A DNA stretch of 64,000 bases, taken from the UHGV virus genome UHGV-0180032. One strand, 5' to 3'. The notes under the pieces are model-generated. The model was not told the DNA's origin, searched no databases, and saw only the letters and a list, made by a program, of their open reading frames with translations. This document shows positions 1-8,224 of the stretch, piece after piece (the first letter of the stretch is position 1; every line of letters begins with the position of its first letter). The position numbers and the translations under genes were made by a program. This DNA comes from a virus.

Positions 1-2
1 CG

Positions 3-254
3 CTACATCAAGCCACGCCGGTAAGATTGTTGTACGACCACACTGACACATCGGAGTTAGCGTTTACCATTGAGACGCTCTCAGTGCGTAAAGATTTAGA
101 TAACGTAGGTAAAGGGAAGTGGTCGATTGAGCGCGTAGAGGAAATTCTCAGCCACTTTAAAGCCAACAACCGATTTAAACGCTGGTGTACATTACCTGAG
201 TTAGTAGAGGAGTTGAAAAAGCGGGATTGCAAGCCGCTACCTTTTAATCCGTAA
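3..254 (+). CDS. hypothetical protein, probably 5'-truncated by window edge
   Basis: Frame open to window start with no ATG; track ORF 27..254 begins at TTG; same strand as downstream operon. Confidence 0.35.
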   Translation, partial: LHQATPVRLLYDHTDTSELAFTIETLSVRKDLDNVGKGKWSIERVEEILSHFKANNRFKRWCTLPELVEELKKRDCKPLPFNP

Positions 255-298
255 CTTTTTACGAATGCAGCTATTTTAATGATTAGGAGAATATAGAG

Positions 299-694
299 AT
301 GACAGCAATACTAGGTGTAATGGCAAGAAAAGCCGACATCATTGAAACGTTTATTGAACAATACAACAATTCACCGTATACGCGTTTTAGATTACATAAA
401 CCGAAGAATAGTACAGAATGGGTTCGTTGGTTTAGGATTTGGGATAAAACAATAAGTAAAATTGATCCGTTATTTAGAATAACGGTTGAACCTGCTTATT
501 GGATTGTAATGGAAATTTCGCTATTACGTATTATCGAAAAACGTCCGATTGACACAATGACGATGTTTGGGAAAGATACGTATAAAATGTTGACCAACGG
601 TTTTGTGGGTAATGGGGAACACACGTTGTATCAAGCGATGCTGGAAATGTGTTTGTTCGATTTAGTTACTTACGAATTGGGGATTTCAAAATGA
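299..694 (+). CDS. hypothetical protein (131 aa)
   Basis: Track ORF; SD-like aggaga upstream of ATG; stop overlaps next start (ATGA). Confidence 0.55.
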   Translation: MTAILGVMARKADIIETFIEQYNNSPYTRFRLHKPKNSTEWVRWFRIWDKTISKIDPLFRITVEPAYWIVMEISLLRIIEKRPIDTMTMFGKDTYKMLTNGFVGNGEHTLYQAMLEMCLFDLVTYELGISK

Positions 695-1155
695 ATTGCT
701 TCGAATCTAAAGAAATTGTTGAGTTGTTTAAGCAGCGTGAGAAAACAACATTCCGTGACCTGTACGATTCCGATTATCGTCCTCTGTTTGCGGTATTGTT
801 GAAACTGGATAAAGAACCCGAAATCGCATTAGCAGAAGTTCAGCATCATCACATCAGTTTCGTGTTAACTGAAAACAAGGAACGTTGGGTAGATGACATA
901 CTGGGTCGTATTGCGCTTTTGGAAACACCGCATCGTTGGGAAGTGGTTATTCAGAAATCGTTGTTCCCACGGGAAGACATTTTCAACAACTATCGGCCGA
1001 AACAGTATTACAACCACGACGGGTCGCCAAAACGTGCTTTCCTGGCACCGCAACACTTCGTAACTTACGTAACGTTGCGTTATAAAGACACCGTGGTACC
1101 GTTTGACACCTACCTGGAAATGCGCGAGATAATTTTAGGGAAGAATCCAACATGA
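691..1155 (+). CDS. hypothetical protein
   Basis: Track ORF 649..1155 trimmed to internal ATG at 691 that forms ATGA overlap with upstream stop. Confidence 0.55.
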   Translation: MNCFESKEIVELFKQREKTTFRDLYDSDYRPLFAVLLKLDKEPEIALAEVQHHHISFVLTENKERWVDDILGRIALLETPHRWEVVIQKSLFPREDIFNNYRPKQYYNHDGSPKRAFLAPQHFVTYVTLRYKDTVVPFDTYLEMREIILGKNPT

Positions 1156-1634
1156 TTCAATTTTCTGTTGACGCAGAAAGACTGGCGTCATTTAAAGAGC
1201 GTGCTCAGTCTGCAACTAAAAACGGTTACATTGAGAAAGGTGTTCGTGATACCTGTAAACTAATCAACGACCATCCGCACCTGGCGACAATGTGGAGCTG
1301 TGAAGGTCACGGTATGTATTCTAAGTCACCTGGAAATCTGCATATCGTTTTTGCAACAGACGCTATTGGAAGTCAGATTCCAATGCAGGTTATGTCCGAA
1401 CTTGCAAAATCGGATTTACCTAATTTTTGGAATCTTAGTTTGTGTCGTCTTTATATACCAGATTCATACACGGATTTGGTATATCTTGAACCTGACTATG
1501 GATTAAATACCGACGACACGTCTTACTGGTCTTGGAAAATCGGATACATGTGCTTGATTAATCGGCCAGTATTAATTGAAGCACGTCAAGCTCTTTACAA
1601 AGCATTTCACACAGTATTAGTTGAGAATAAATAA
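1152..1634 (+). CDS. hypothetical protein (160 aa)
   Basis: Track ORF; ATGA overlap with upstream gene. Confidence 0.55.
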   Translation: MIQFSVDAERLASFKERAQSATKNGYIEKGVRDTCKLINDHPHLATMWSCEGHGMYSKSPGNLHIVFATDAIGSQIPMQVMSELAKSDLPNFWNLSLCRLYIPDSYTDLVYLEPDYGLNTDDTSYWSWKIGYMCLINRPVLIEARQALYKAFHTVLVENK

Positions 1635-2326
1635 TGGCTACCAAACAAAAGAAACCTCGTAACAAAAAGTATAACCCGAAAGCGGCTGCTAACCGTACTG
1701 CGCACACCATTGCTGAAAATGCGTTAAACCGCATTACTTTCGTCGGTAGCTCTATTCGTCCTATCGGCCCGTACGCGGGTCGTGGTTTCCAGTTTACAAC
1801 GTCACCGCGTATGCGCATGGCAGCAACTGATATGTTAATCGGTGGTCTGTTTGACGAACCACGTAACTGGAAACTCTGGGTTGCGCATCTGTACGAAACG
1901 GATAACGGTGTACAGGCAGAAACCGTCGTGGCAACTCTTGACGACTACACGTTAAGTGATTTCTGTCAACACGGCGACAAAATCATCAAGTCGTTACGTG
2001 AGACAGAAGAAAACTACTTCGGTTATGCTTTCGTTGCTGCACCTAACGAACGTTATGATTTCGACCAGGGAGAAGAACGCTTACTGGAAAACTTCATGCA
2101 TTCTGGACTGTTAGACAAATCCTTACACTTACCTGAAGAAGAACTGATGGTTACGCGTAAAGATATGGTAACGTTGCTGTTAGCCGACCGTGGTCGTTTT
2201 GATATCACCGAGCCACATGTACGTAAGGTACAGAAACTCGTGGATAAGGTAGACGAAACTGACCTGGACACTAATGAAGTCGCAACACGTATTCAAAGTG
2301 TAGTAAATCAGATTGAGGATTACTAA
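1634..2326 (+). CDS. hypothetical protein with very basic N-terminus (KQKKPRNKKYNPK)
   Basis: Track ORF; start overlaps upstream stop by 1 nt. Confidence 0.55.
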   Translation: MATKQKKPRNKKYNPKAAANRTAHTIAENALNRITFVGSSIRPIGPYAGRGFQFTTSPRMRMAATDMLIGGLFDEPRNWKLWVAHLYETDNGVQAETVVATLDDYTLSDFCQHGDKIIKSLRETEENYFGYAFVAAPNERYDFDQGEERLLENFMHSGLLDKSLHLPEEELMVTRKDMVTLLLADRGRFDITEPHVRKVQKLVDKVDETDLDTNEVATRIQSVVNQIEDY

Positions 2327-2328
2327 AC

Positions 2329-2859
2329 GTGATAGCACGACTTGTGGGTTGGTTTAAGCAACGTCGTGCAAAGGCGGTCGAATGGCCGCCTATTACGCAT
2401 GACGAGAAAGTGGCTCTTTTTTTGGGGTATAACAAAGACTTGGGGAGATTAGGCGAGTTAATGCACTTAACGGAACGCCAGGTTTTTGCTAAGATTTCGA
2501 GCAGCGAGTTGCGTAAAGAAGTAATTCCGCACCTATCCTTTTTAGGGCAGGTTTATGCAATGACGACAGAGGAATTTTTATCAACCCAAGGTAGCGAACG
2601 GCCACATATTCGGTTTTCCGTCGTAGGTGAACCTGATACGGTAGGTGAAATCGATTTTAAGATGCTGTATCGCAGAATAAAAGATGATGGGTTTATACAT
2701 GTTAAACGACTATCAAAAACTTCCGTGGTGATTTATCATCGCACTGATCAGGATTTGTTAGGGTGTGTTATAACGTTAACAAATTTACATAGTTTTTACG
2801 TTGATTTACTTACAGACTTTTATCCAGAACCTTGGTGCTTTATAGATGAAAATAAATGA
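2329..2859 (+). CDS. hypothetical protein (176 aa)
   Basis: Track ORF, GTG start immediately after upstream stop. Confidence 0.45.
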   Translation: MIARLVGWFKQRRAKAVEWPPITHDEKVALFLGYNKDLGRLGELMHLTERQVFAKISSSELRKEVIPHLSFLGQVYAMTTEEFLSTQGSERPHIRFSVVGEPDTVGEIDFKMLYRRIKDDGFIHVKRLSKTSVVIYHRTDQDLLGCVITLTNLHSFYVDLLTDFYPEPWCFIDENK

Positions 2860-3058
2860 CGGGTATATCATTTCAGCAATCGTTTCAACTGCGTTGATTG
2901 TAGCGATGTTGATGTTCTACGTTAAGACGTCTGACGAATCACGTAAAGAGTCCCTTTATCGTGAATGTATGTCAGGCACTACTGTAGATAGCCCACGTTA
3001 TGCTGAAATAGTAATGGCGTGTACGGAATACGCTAATCGAATGGGAGGAGGGAAATGA
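2846..3058 (+). CDS. small membrane-anchored protein
   Basis: Track ORF; single N-terminal hydrophobic helix; paralogous to next ORF. Confidence 0.45.
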   Translation: MKINDGYIISAIVSTALIVAMLMFYVKTSDESRKESLYRECMSGTTVDSPRYAEIVMACTEYANRMGGGK

Positions 3059-3252
3059 AAATTTGGTTGCCGATTCTAGTTTTTATCGTTATTGCAGGTG
3101 CACTAGCAACTGCTGAGTACGACTCTCGTACGTTAGAAACGAAACGTGAGTTGTATCAGGACTGTATAAAGGATTATACGCCGGGTACAGAGCTTCATGC
3201 ACAAGCTGTAAAAAGCTGTGCGTTGATGGCTGAATCACAGACTCGGTCCTGA
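3055..3252 (+). CDS. small membrane-anchored protein (paralog of 2846..3058)
   Basis: Track ORF; N-terminal hydrophobic helix; shared R-E-(S/L)-Y-(R/Q)-(E/D)-C motif; ATGA overlap. Confidence 0.45.
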   Translation: MKIWLPILVFIVIAGALATAEYDSRTLETKRELYQDCIKDYTPGTELHAQAVKSCALMAESQTRS

Positions 3253-3626
3253 TGCGTATCTGGACGCTACAACTCGCTAAGTGGCGGTTAGCTAAGCAGA
3301 AAGGGTTTCACGCAATGGATATCACCGTGAAGTCAGGGCGAAAGGAACTCGCCCCCGACTGGGATTTCCTAATGGCGTATAAATCTTCTGCCAAGGACGC
3401 TGTCGCTGAACGTGAGTACACGATAAAGTATTTGTACAAACTCGAACGACTGTTAGATACTGACGCCGAAGTTTTAGTGTCGTTACTCAGACACGATGAC
3501 TTGGTTTTGATGTGTTACTGTCCCGCAGGTAAGTTTTGTCATCGCCACCTACTGGCGAACAAACTTCAAGAAGTGGGAATGATGTTCGGTATCGATGTTG
3601 AGTTGTGTGGAGAATTAACCGAATGA
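3252..3626 (+). CDS. hypothetical protein with Cys/His motif (CYCPAGKFCHRH), possible zinc site
   Basis: Track ORF; start may be an internal ATG. Confidence 0.45.
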   Translation: MRIWTLQLAKWRLAKQKGFHAMDITVKSGRKELAPDWDFLMAYKSSAKDAVAEREYTIKYLYKLERLLDTDAEVLVSLLRHDDLVLMCYCPAGKFCHRHLLANKLQEVGMMFGIDVELCGELTE

Positions 3627-4060
3627 AAGTAAAAGCGGAAATTGTTAAAACATCAGCAGGGTTAATGATGTCAGCTGAAGGTTTGTTGTTGAAACTACCT
3701 TGTTCTGATTTCCGAGACCCAAATAATCCAGGGGCAGCTTTTGCACGTTTGCTGAAACGACGTATGACCGTTTGCGAGGTCTCTAAACCCCTTCTTTTAG
3801 ACGACTTACAAGAACCTACGCTACACAAAATTTTATTTAGTGCTGGGCATCTAACTAACACCAAATTGTTAGTCGTTGATGGTTCGGTCGAGTTTTACGG
3901 TAAAATTACCCCAGGAGGTTTTAACAACGAGCCTGTAAGGATGTTTATTCAAGAGAACGGCTATTTAGATGTAACACCAAAAATAGTTTATTATAATGAT
4001 AAAATCTCTCTTATCCCTACTTTTCTACTCGACGTATCAAAACCTTCCGAAAAACACTAA
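3623..4060 (+). CDS. hypothetical protein
   Basis: Track ORF 3605..4060 trimmed to ATG 3623 (ggag SD, ATGA overlap with upstream stop). Confidence 0.5.
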   Translation: MKVKAEIVKTSAGLMMSAEGLLLKLPCSDFRDPNNPGAAFARLLKRRMTVCEVSKPLLLDDLQEPTLHKILFSAGHLTNTKLLVVDGSVEFYGKITPGGFNNEPVRMFIQENGYLDVTPKIVYYNDKISLIPTFLLDVSKPSEKH

Positions 4061-4091
4061 CCGTTCTTGATTTTTAACTACAGAATAGTTT

Positions 4092-4134
4092 CCTACCGCC
4101 CGATTCTATGGGCGGTAGGTGTTTTATTTTTTTT
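4092..4134 (+). terminator. intrinsic terminator
   Basis: 10-bp perfect stem cctaccgccc/gggcggtagg, 8-nt loop, then T-rich run tgttttatttttttt. Confidence 0.65.
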
Positions 4135-4150
4135 GATCTTGGAGGGTTAA

Positions 4151-4714
4151 GTGGCCACATCTTACGTACCTGATTTGAGTCTGACCTCAGCAGAGCTAGT
4201 GGTCGCTTTAATCAATCATGATAACGGGTTACAGCTTACACTAAACGAAATCCGTATTAGCGGAACTGTAACAAACCCATCCCCAACAACTTCGCGACGT
4301 AACACTATCACCGAAATCAGTAAAATCAGAAAACCGGATGGTGCGACTGTTGTGGTTTACTACGACAGACTCGATGCCGATGAGGTATTAACGTCCGAAC
4401 CTATTTTGATTTCGTTAGACGGTACCGAAGCGAACATTCGTGATGTTCTTAGTGTTGTAAATGAATACTGCGGTACGAACTTACAACCTGAGGACTTACG
4501 TGCCTCAGATATTACTTCAGGTAATGATCCTATTGCTATTAACGTTGCTGACGATTCTCCTGCCTGGATGAATGCGTTTATGGTGACGTTGTTTGATAAA
4601 ACCGAACGTGCGTTAGCGAACGAAGAAGATGAAATCTTCTGCATCGGTGACGATAGCGTTCTTACATTCGAGGTTACAGATGGCGACAGCACTGAAGAAG
4701 ACGAGACTCCATGA
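4151..4714 (+). CDS. hypothetical protein, member of an intragenomic paralog family (YYDRL...NLQPEDL motif)
   Basis: Track ORF, GTG start after ggaggg SD; clear similarity to 14372..14884 product. Confidence 0.55.
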   Translation: MATSYVPDLSLTSAELVVALINHDNGLQLTLNEIRISGTVTNPSPTTSRRNTITEISKIRKPDGATVVVYYDRLDADEVLTSEPILISLDGTEANIRDVLSVVNEYCGTNLQPEDLRASDITSGNDPIAINVADDSPAWMNAFMVTLFDKTERALANEEDEIFCIGDDSVLTFEVTDGDSTEEDETP

Positions 4715-5141
4715 GCTTGAAAGCTACGCAGGCACACCCCAAGGCGGGGTACTGCTGTATAGCAAAGACAATAAAGAATATAAAATTGACGTTGATAAGT
4801 TAGCCCCGGTTGCGACAGTCACCACGGTTAACGGTTCGAATAATGCCGCCACGATGGATTTCAATACCAGCACTGACATTATTCTGGTGTTAAACGATCC
4901 TAACACTACAGTGACGTTCGCAGCCCTTACCAACGTTGCGGAAAATACCCGTTTCGAAGTAATGCTAACGATTAAGCAAGGAACAGGGGCGAATAAAGTA
5001 ACTTGGCCTGAAAACGTTAAGTGGCCTCACGGTGCACAACCGGTTTTATCCTACGCGGCAAATGCGGAAGACACTCTGTCGCTTTATACCCTTGATGGGG
5101 GTGCCACCTGGAAAGGTTCTCTTCTTGCAGCGGGTTACTAA
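4680..5141 (+). CDS. small protein homologous to the N-terminal module of the long tail fibre
   Basis: Track ORF 4629..5141 trimmed to ATG 4680 (gagg SD); N-terminus MATALKKTRLHELESYAGTPQGGVLLYSKDNKEYK aligns with N-terminus of 8225..12850 product. Confidence 0.55.
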   Translation: MATALKKTRLHELESYAGTPQGGVLLYSKDNKEYKIDVDKLAPVATVTTVNGSNNAATMDFNTSTDIILVLNDPNTTVTFAALTNVAENTRFEVMLTIKQGTGANKVTWPENVKWPHGAQPVLSYAANAEDTLSLYTLDGGATWKGSLLAAGY

Positions 5142-5312
5142 ATGAGAAAACATTTTCAGCGTCACGCGATTAGCTACGCGTTATCGTTAGCTTACGGACA
5201 CCAATCCTTCGTTACCCGGAATACGGGAACGACTCACGACGCGCACAACGAACACTATATTCAAAACGAAGAAGGTGTTCTGTAGAATAACCGTCATTTC
5301 ATTGCTGACACT

Positions 5313-8147
5313 ATGGCGGAATACCAACCGAACGGGGATGCGACGACCGAGGGTCAGTCGTTACACGTTATCGGTTACTGCCACATGTATATCGCAACGA
5401 AAGACGAAAGATGGTTAGATGCGGCGAAACACGCCTGGGATGCGTACAATACGTACTTCTACGCCGGGCAGCCTATTCCAACCACACCCCAGCGTCGTAT
5501 TTGTAACTGGTTGGTAAACGGGAAAGAACCGGTATTAGCACATTACCCAATAAACCCTACGGAACCTACCCAAGGTGGGTATAAAAGCGTCCCTGTAAGG
5601 TTTACAAACGGACAGTGTAAAATACCGCATGGTGCACCGTTCTGGGGAGAGTATTTGGATACCTTTACGTTTGCGCATCGTGGTCACCCTGCCTGGGAAG
5701 CCATTAACGCAGACGTACAGATTATCAAGGAAGACAAAGAAGGGTCAATTAATTGGGAAGATGTTTTAACTCACGTTATTACCAATCCTGATAAACCCTA
5801 CGAGGCCATAGCCTGGGTCGATTGGCCTACGTTGTTAAACAACGCTACAGGGTACACCCCGCTTTGGGGTGGTAGCGCAACAAAAGGCCCTAAATACGAC
5901 GCTGACTGGATAATTGCCTGGACAGGTAACAAAATCCAGGATAGTGAGATTATTGAGACAGGATTAGCAGACGCTGATAAAGGTACCGTACAGTTAAAAG
6001 ACACGCAGTTAAACGGTGTCTATTTGATTAACTACGCGGTAAAACTGCCTGTCGAACACGGGGGTTACGAGTTTAAACGTAACGAACCGTGGCACAACCG
6101 TCCGGTCCACACACCGTTCTTAGGGACGAAAAACCAATACGGCAACGCTGCTGATGCTGAACTGTGGTTTATTGACGCCTGTTATTTGCTGTGGCGAATC
6201 ACGGGTGAAGAGAAATACAAACAAGCATTAGACTGTACTTTCTACACAGCACACGAGTACACGTATATTGATGCAGTAGATAAATTCTTCCGTCGTTCTA
6301 CCGCTGCGGAAACACCGTTTACGGATGGTATTTCGTACGACTTCAATTACCCAGACACCGTAAGTGCTACCTACGGCCGTGATGAGAATGGGGATATTAC
6401 CATCCATGTGCCTGAAGCGGCACAACACTTTATGGAGCAGAAAGCGGTTCGATTCAGGATTAACAAAGACTCCAAACTACGTGTCACGTACGGCGGGGTT
6501 TGTAAGAACGGTGATCCTGTCTACTGCAAAGCAATGGTAAACATTAACCCTGCGAAAGGTGATACCGAGGAAGTAAACTGGTACGGTTTAACCTTACCTC
6601 GGTCTACGGTAAATGCCGTTAAGCAGTACGATGTTGACTTAGGCCAACTTGCTCGTATTACCACCCCAGAAGGGGAAGATTACCTGATAGCTGATGACCG
6701 CGCGTGTTCGGACTATGGTGGTTGTACGTGGGAAGAACGTTTTGAGGACAGCATTTACGACGGTCGCGCGGGTACCGTTATAGAAGCTGAATTTCCTGAT
6801 GACAGTGCCGGGTTTATTATCGGGTTCTGGTTAACCGCTGAAGAGAAGGTAAAACCGGTTTCTATTGTCTACCGTGCGGACGCGGATTTTAACCTGCGTT
6901 TAGCTGACAGTGATAACTGGCGTTGGTGGTGGATGTTACCCAACACAAACAACGAATGGCGTCAGGTAACGTTAAATCCGGATGATGCTACACTTTCCGG
7001 TTATCAGCCAGACCACACAGACGCTGACCCTAAACCGGCAGCACCGAATTTCGATAAGGTGGATCAGGTCACGATTCTCCCTGACTCTACGGTTGACCAT
7101 GCGCACTTTGCCTACTATTGCGTTAACAATGTTCCACCGCTCTTTAATAAAGACGACGGTTATATTCTCACCTTCCGTATTGGGTTACGCGGTGGTGGAG
7201 AGTATGATGCGAAGGTCGGCGACTGTACGATCAAAGATTACCGATTAGATTCGTTAGCGTATTGTCCGGGTACGATACCGTTCTCCAACAACTATTCAGA
7301 AGGTTCAGAACAGTTAGGTGCCTGGCACGGGATGCCTTATCCGGGTTATCAGTATCCGTTTATGTACACTATCCACAAAGACGACCGGTATAAGCTGTGG
7401 TTAGATAACCAGATTCAGTTCATGTACGACTCGCAGTTGGCTTACCAACGGCAGCTCGGTGAATTAGGGCCTGGTTGTGCTGCGTATATTTGGAACCGTT
7501 GGGACAACTACACCTACGGAGAAGCGGATACCTGGACAACGTTCCATTGGAGCGACGACCATCCGTGGCCAGGGTACCAACCGCGCGCGTTTCATGCGGC
7601 GTGTCGGTGCTGGTACGAACTGAAACTGCGAGGTAAAGAGGTTCCTGAGGCGTTAACAAACTATATTGAAAACTGGGTGAATTGGCTAGGTGGGTTTGTG
7701 GATCGGTTTAACGGACACACCCCTAACGAGTTCCCTACAGCACCGAATAAACCCGTTTGGGTGGAAGATGACTTCAACGCACATATGTGTGCGTTGTGGT
7801 TAGCAGGGTGTTGTTGGGCGTTACTCGCCGGTGCAACGAATCCGAACTACGAAAAAGTGGTTAATGCGGCAATTAAGGAGTTAGGTGAAGGGTTTACGAT
7901 TACCTCAATTCCGAATAAGCCGATTAACGGGGCGTGGTCTCCAGCCGCTCGAGAGTCTTCCGATAACGGTATGGCTTTTGGGTTCTACAGTGGGGAAGCG
8001 TTCCGTGCGTTAGGTCTCTACGTTACTTACAAAACCTACGGGGCCAACGCTAATATTTATCGTGACTTAGCGATTAGTGACCACAGTCAAGCGGTCTTAG
8101 ACGTTACGTTAACGATAGAAGACGATGCATTAAAACCAGAGCAATAA
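5313..8147 (+). CDS. large protein (944 aa), possibly tail-associated; function unknown
   Basis: Long uninterrupted ORF; Trp/aromatic-rich C-terminal half; sits between fibre N-module ORF and long tail fibre gene. Confidence 0.65.
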   Translation: MAEYQPNGDATTEGQSLHVIGYCHMYIATKDERWLDAAKHAWDAYNTYFYAGQPIPTTPQRRICNWLVNGKEPVLAHYPINPTEPTQGGYKSVPVRFTNGQCKIPHGAPFWGEYLDTFTFAHRGHPAWEAINADVQIIKEDKEGSINWEDVLTHVITNPDKPYEAIAWVDWPTLLNNATGYTPLWGGSATKGPKYDADWIIAWTGNKIQDSEIIETGLADADKGTVQLKDTQLNGVYLINYAVKLPVEHGGYEFKRNEPWHNRPVHTPFLGTKNQYGNAADAELWFIDACYLLWRITGEEKYKQALDCTFYTAHEYTYIDAVDKFFRRSTAAETPFTDGISYDFNYPDTVSATYGRDENGDITIHVPEAAQHFMEQKAVRFRINKDSKLRVTYGGVCKNGDPVYCKAMVNINPAKGDTEEVNWYGLTLPRSTVNAVKQYDVDLGQLARITTPEGEDYLIADDRACSDYGGCTWEERFEDSIYDGRAGTVIEAEFPDDSAGFIIGFWLTAEEKVKPVSIVYRADADFNLRLADSDNWRWWWMLPNTNNEWRQVTLNPDDATLSGYQPDHTDADPKPAAPNFDKVDQVTILPDSTVDHAHFAYYCVNNVPPLFNKDDGYILTFRIGLRGGGEYDAKVGDCTIKDYRLDSLAYCPGTIPFSNNYSEGSEQLGAWHGMPYPGYQYPFMYTIHKDDRYKLWLDNQIQFMYDSQLAYQRQLGELGPGCAAYIWNRWDNYTYGEADTWTTFHWSDDHPWPGYQPRAFHAACRCWYELKLRGKEVPEALTNYIENWVNWLGGFVDRFNGHTPNEFPTAPNKPVWVEDDFNAHMCALWLAGCCWALLAGATNPNYEKVVNAAIKELGEGFTITSIPNKPINGAWSPAARESSDNGMAFGFYSGEAFRALGLYVTYKTYGANANIYRDLAISDHSQAVLDVTLTIEDDALKPEQ

Positions 8148-8164
8148 TAACCCGCTTATAAAAT

Positions 8165-8195
8165 ATTGGGGGGGGGGTAAGCTACTCCCCCCGAT
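8165..8195 (+). promoter_or_regulatory. G-tract hairpin element, copy 1
   Basis: att-G10-taagctact-C6-gat; 30 nt upstream of tail fibre ATG. Confidence 0.4.
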
Positions 8196-8224
8196 CTTTA
8201 GCTCCCGATAGAGAACTTAATATC

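Noticed and set aside
8-232. Minus-strand track ORF overlapping the first plus-strand ORF
   Set aside because: All neighbouring genes are plus-strand with SD sites; this antisense ORF has no supporting signal.
865-1056. Short antisense track ORFs embedded in longer genes (also 1300..1506, 1558..1818, 2053..2271, 3487..3864, 4360..4737, 8497..8688, 9007..9588 and similar)
   Set aside because: Fully contained within longer, better-supported ORFs on the other strand or in another frame; judged six-frame noise.
5142-5312. Programmed readthrough or intron joining 4680..5141 to 5313..8147
   Set aside because: Two in-frame stops (TAA, TAG) would both need suppression, and the 171-nt spacer is too short for a group I intron; treated as separate genes, with the frame coincidence recorded as a finding.
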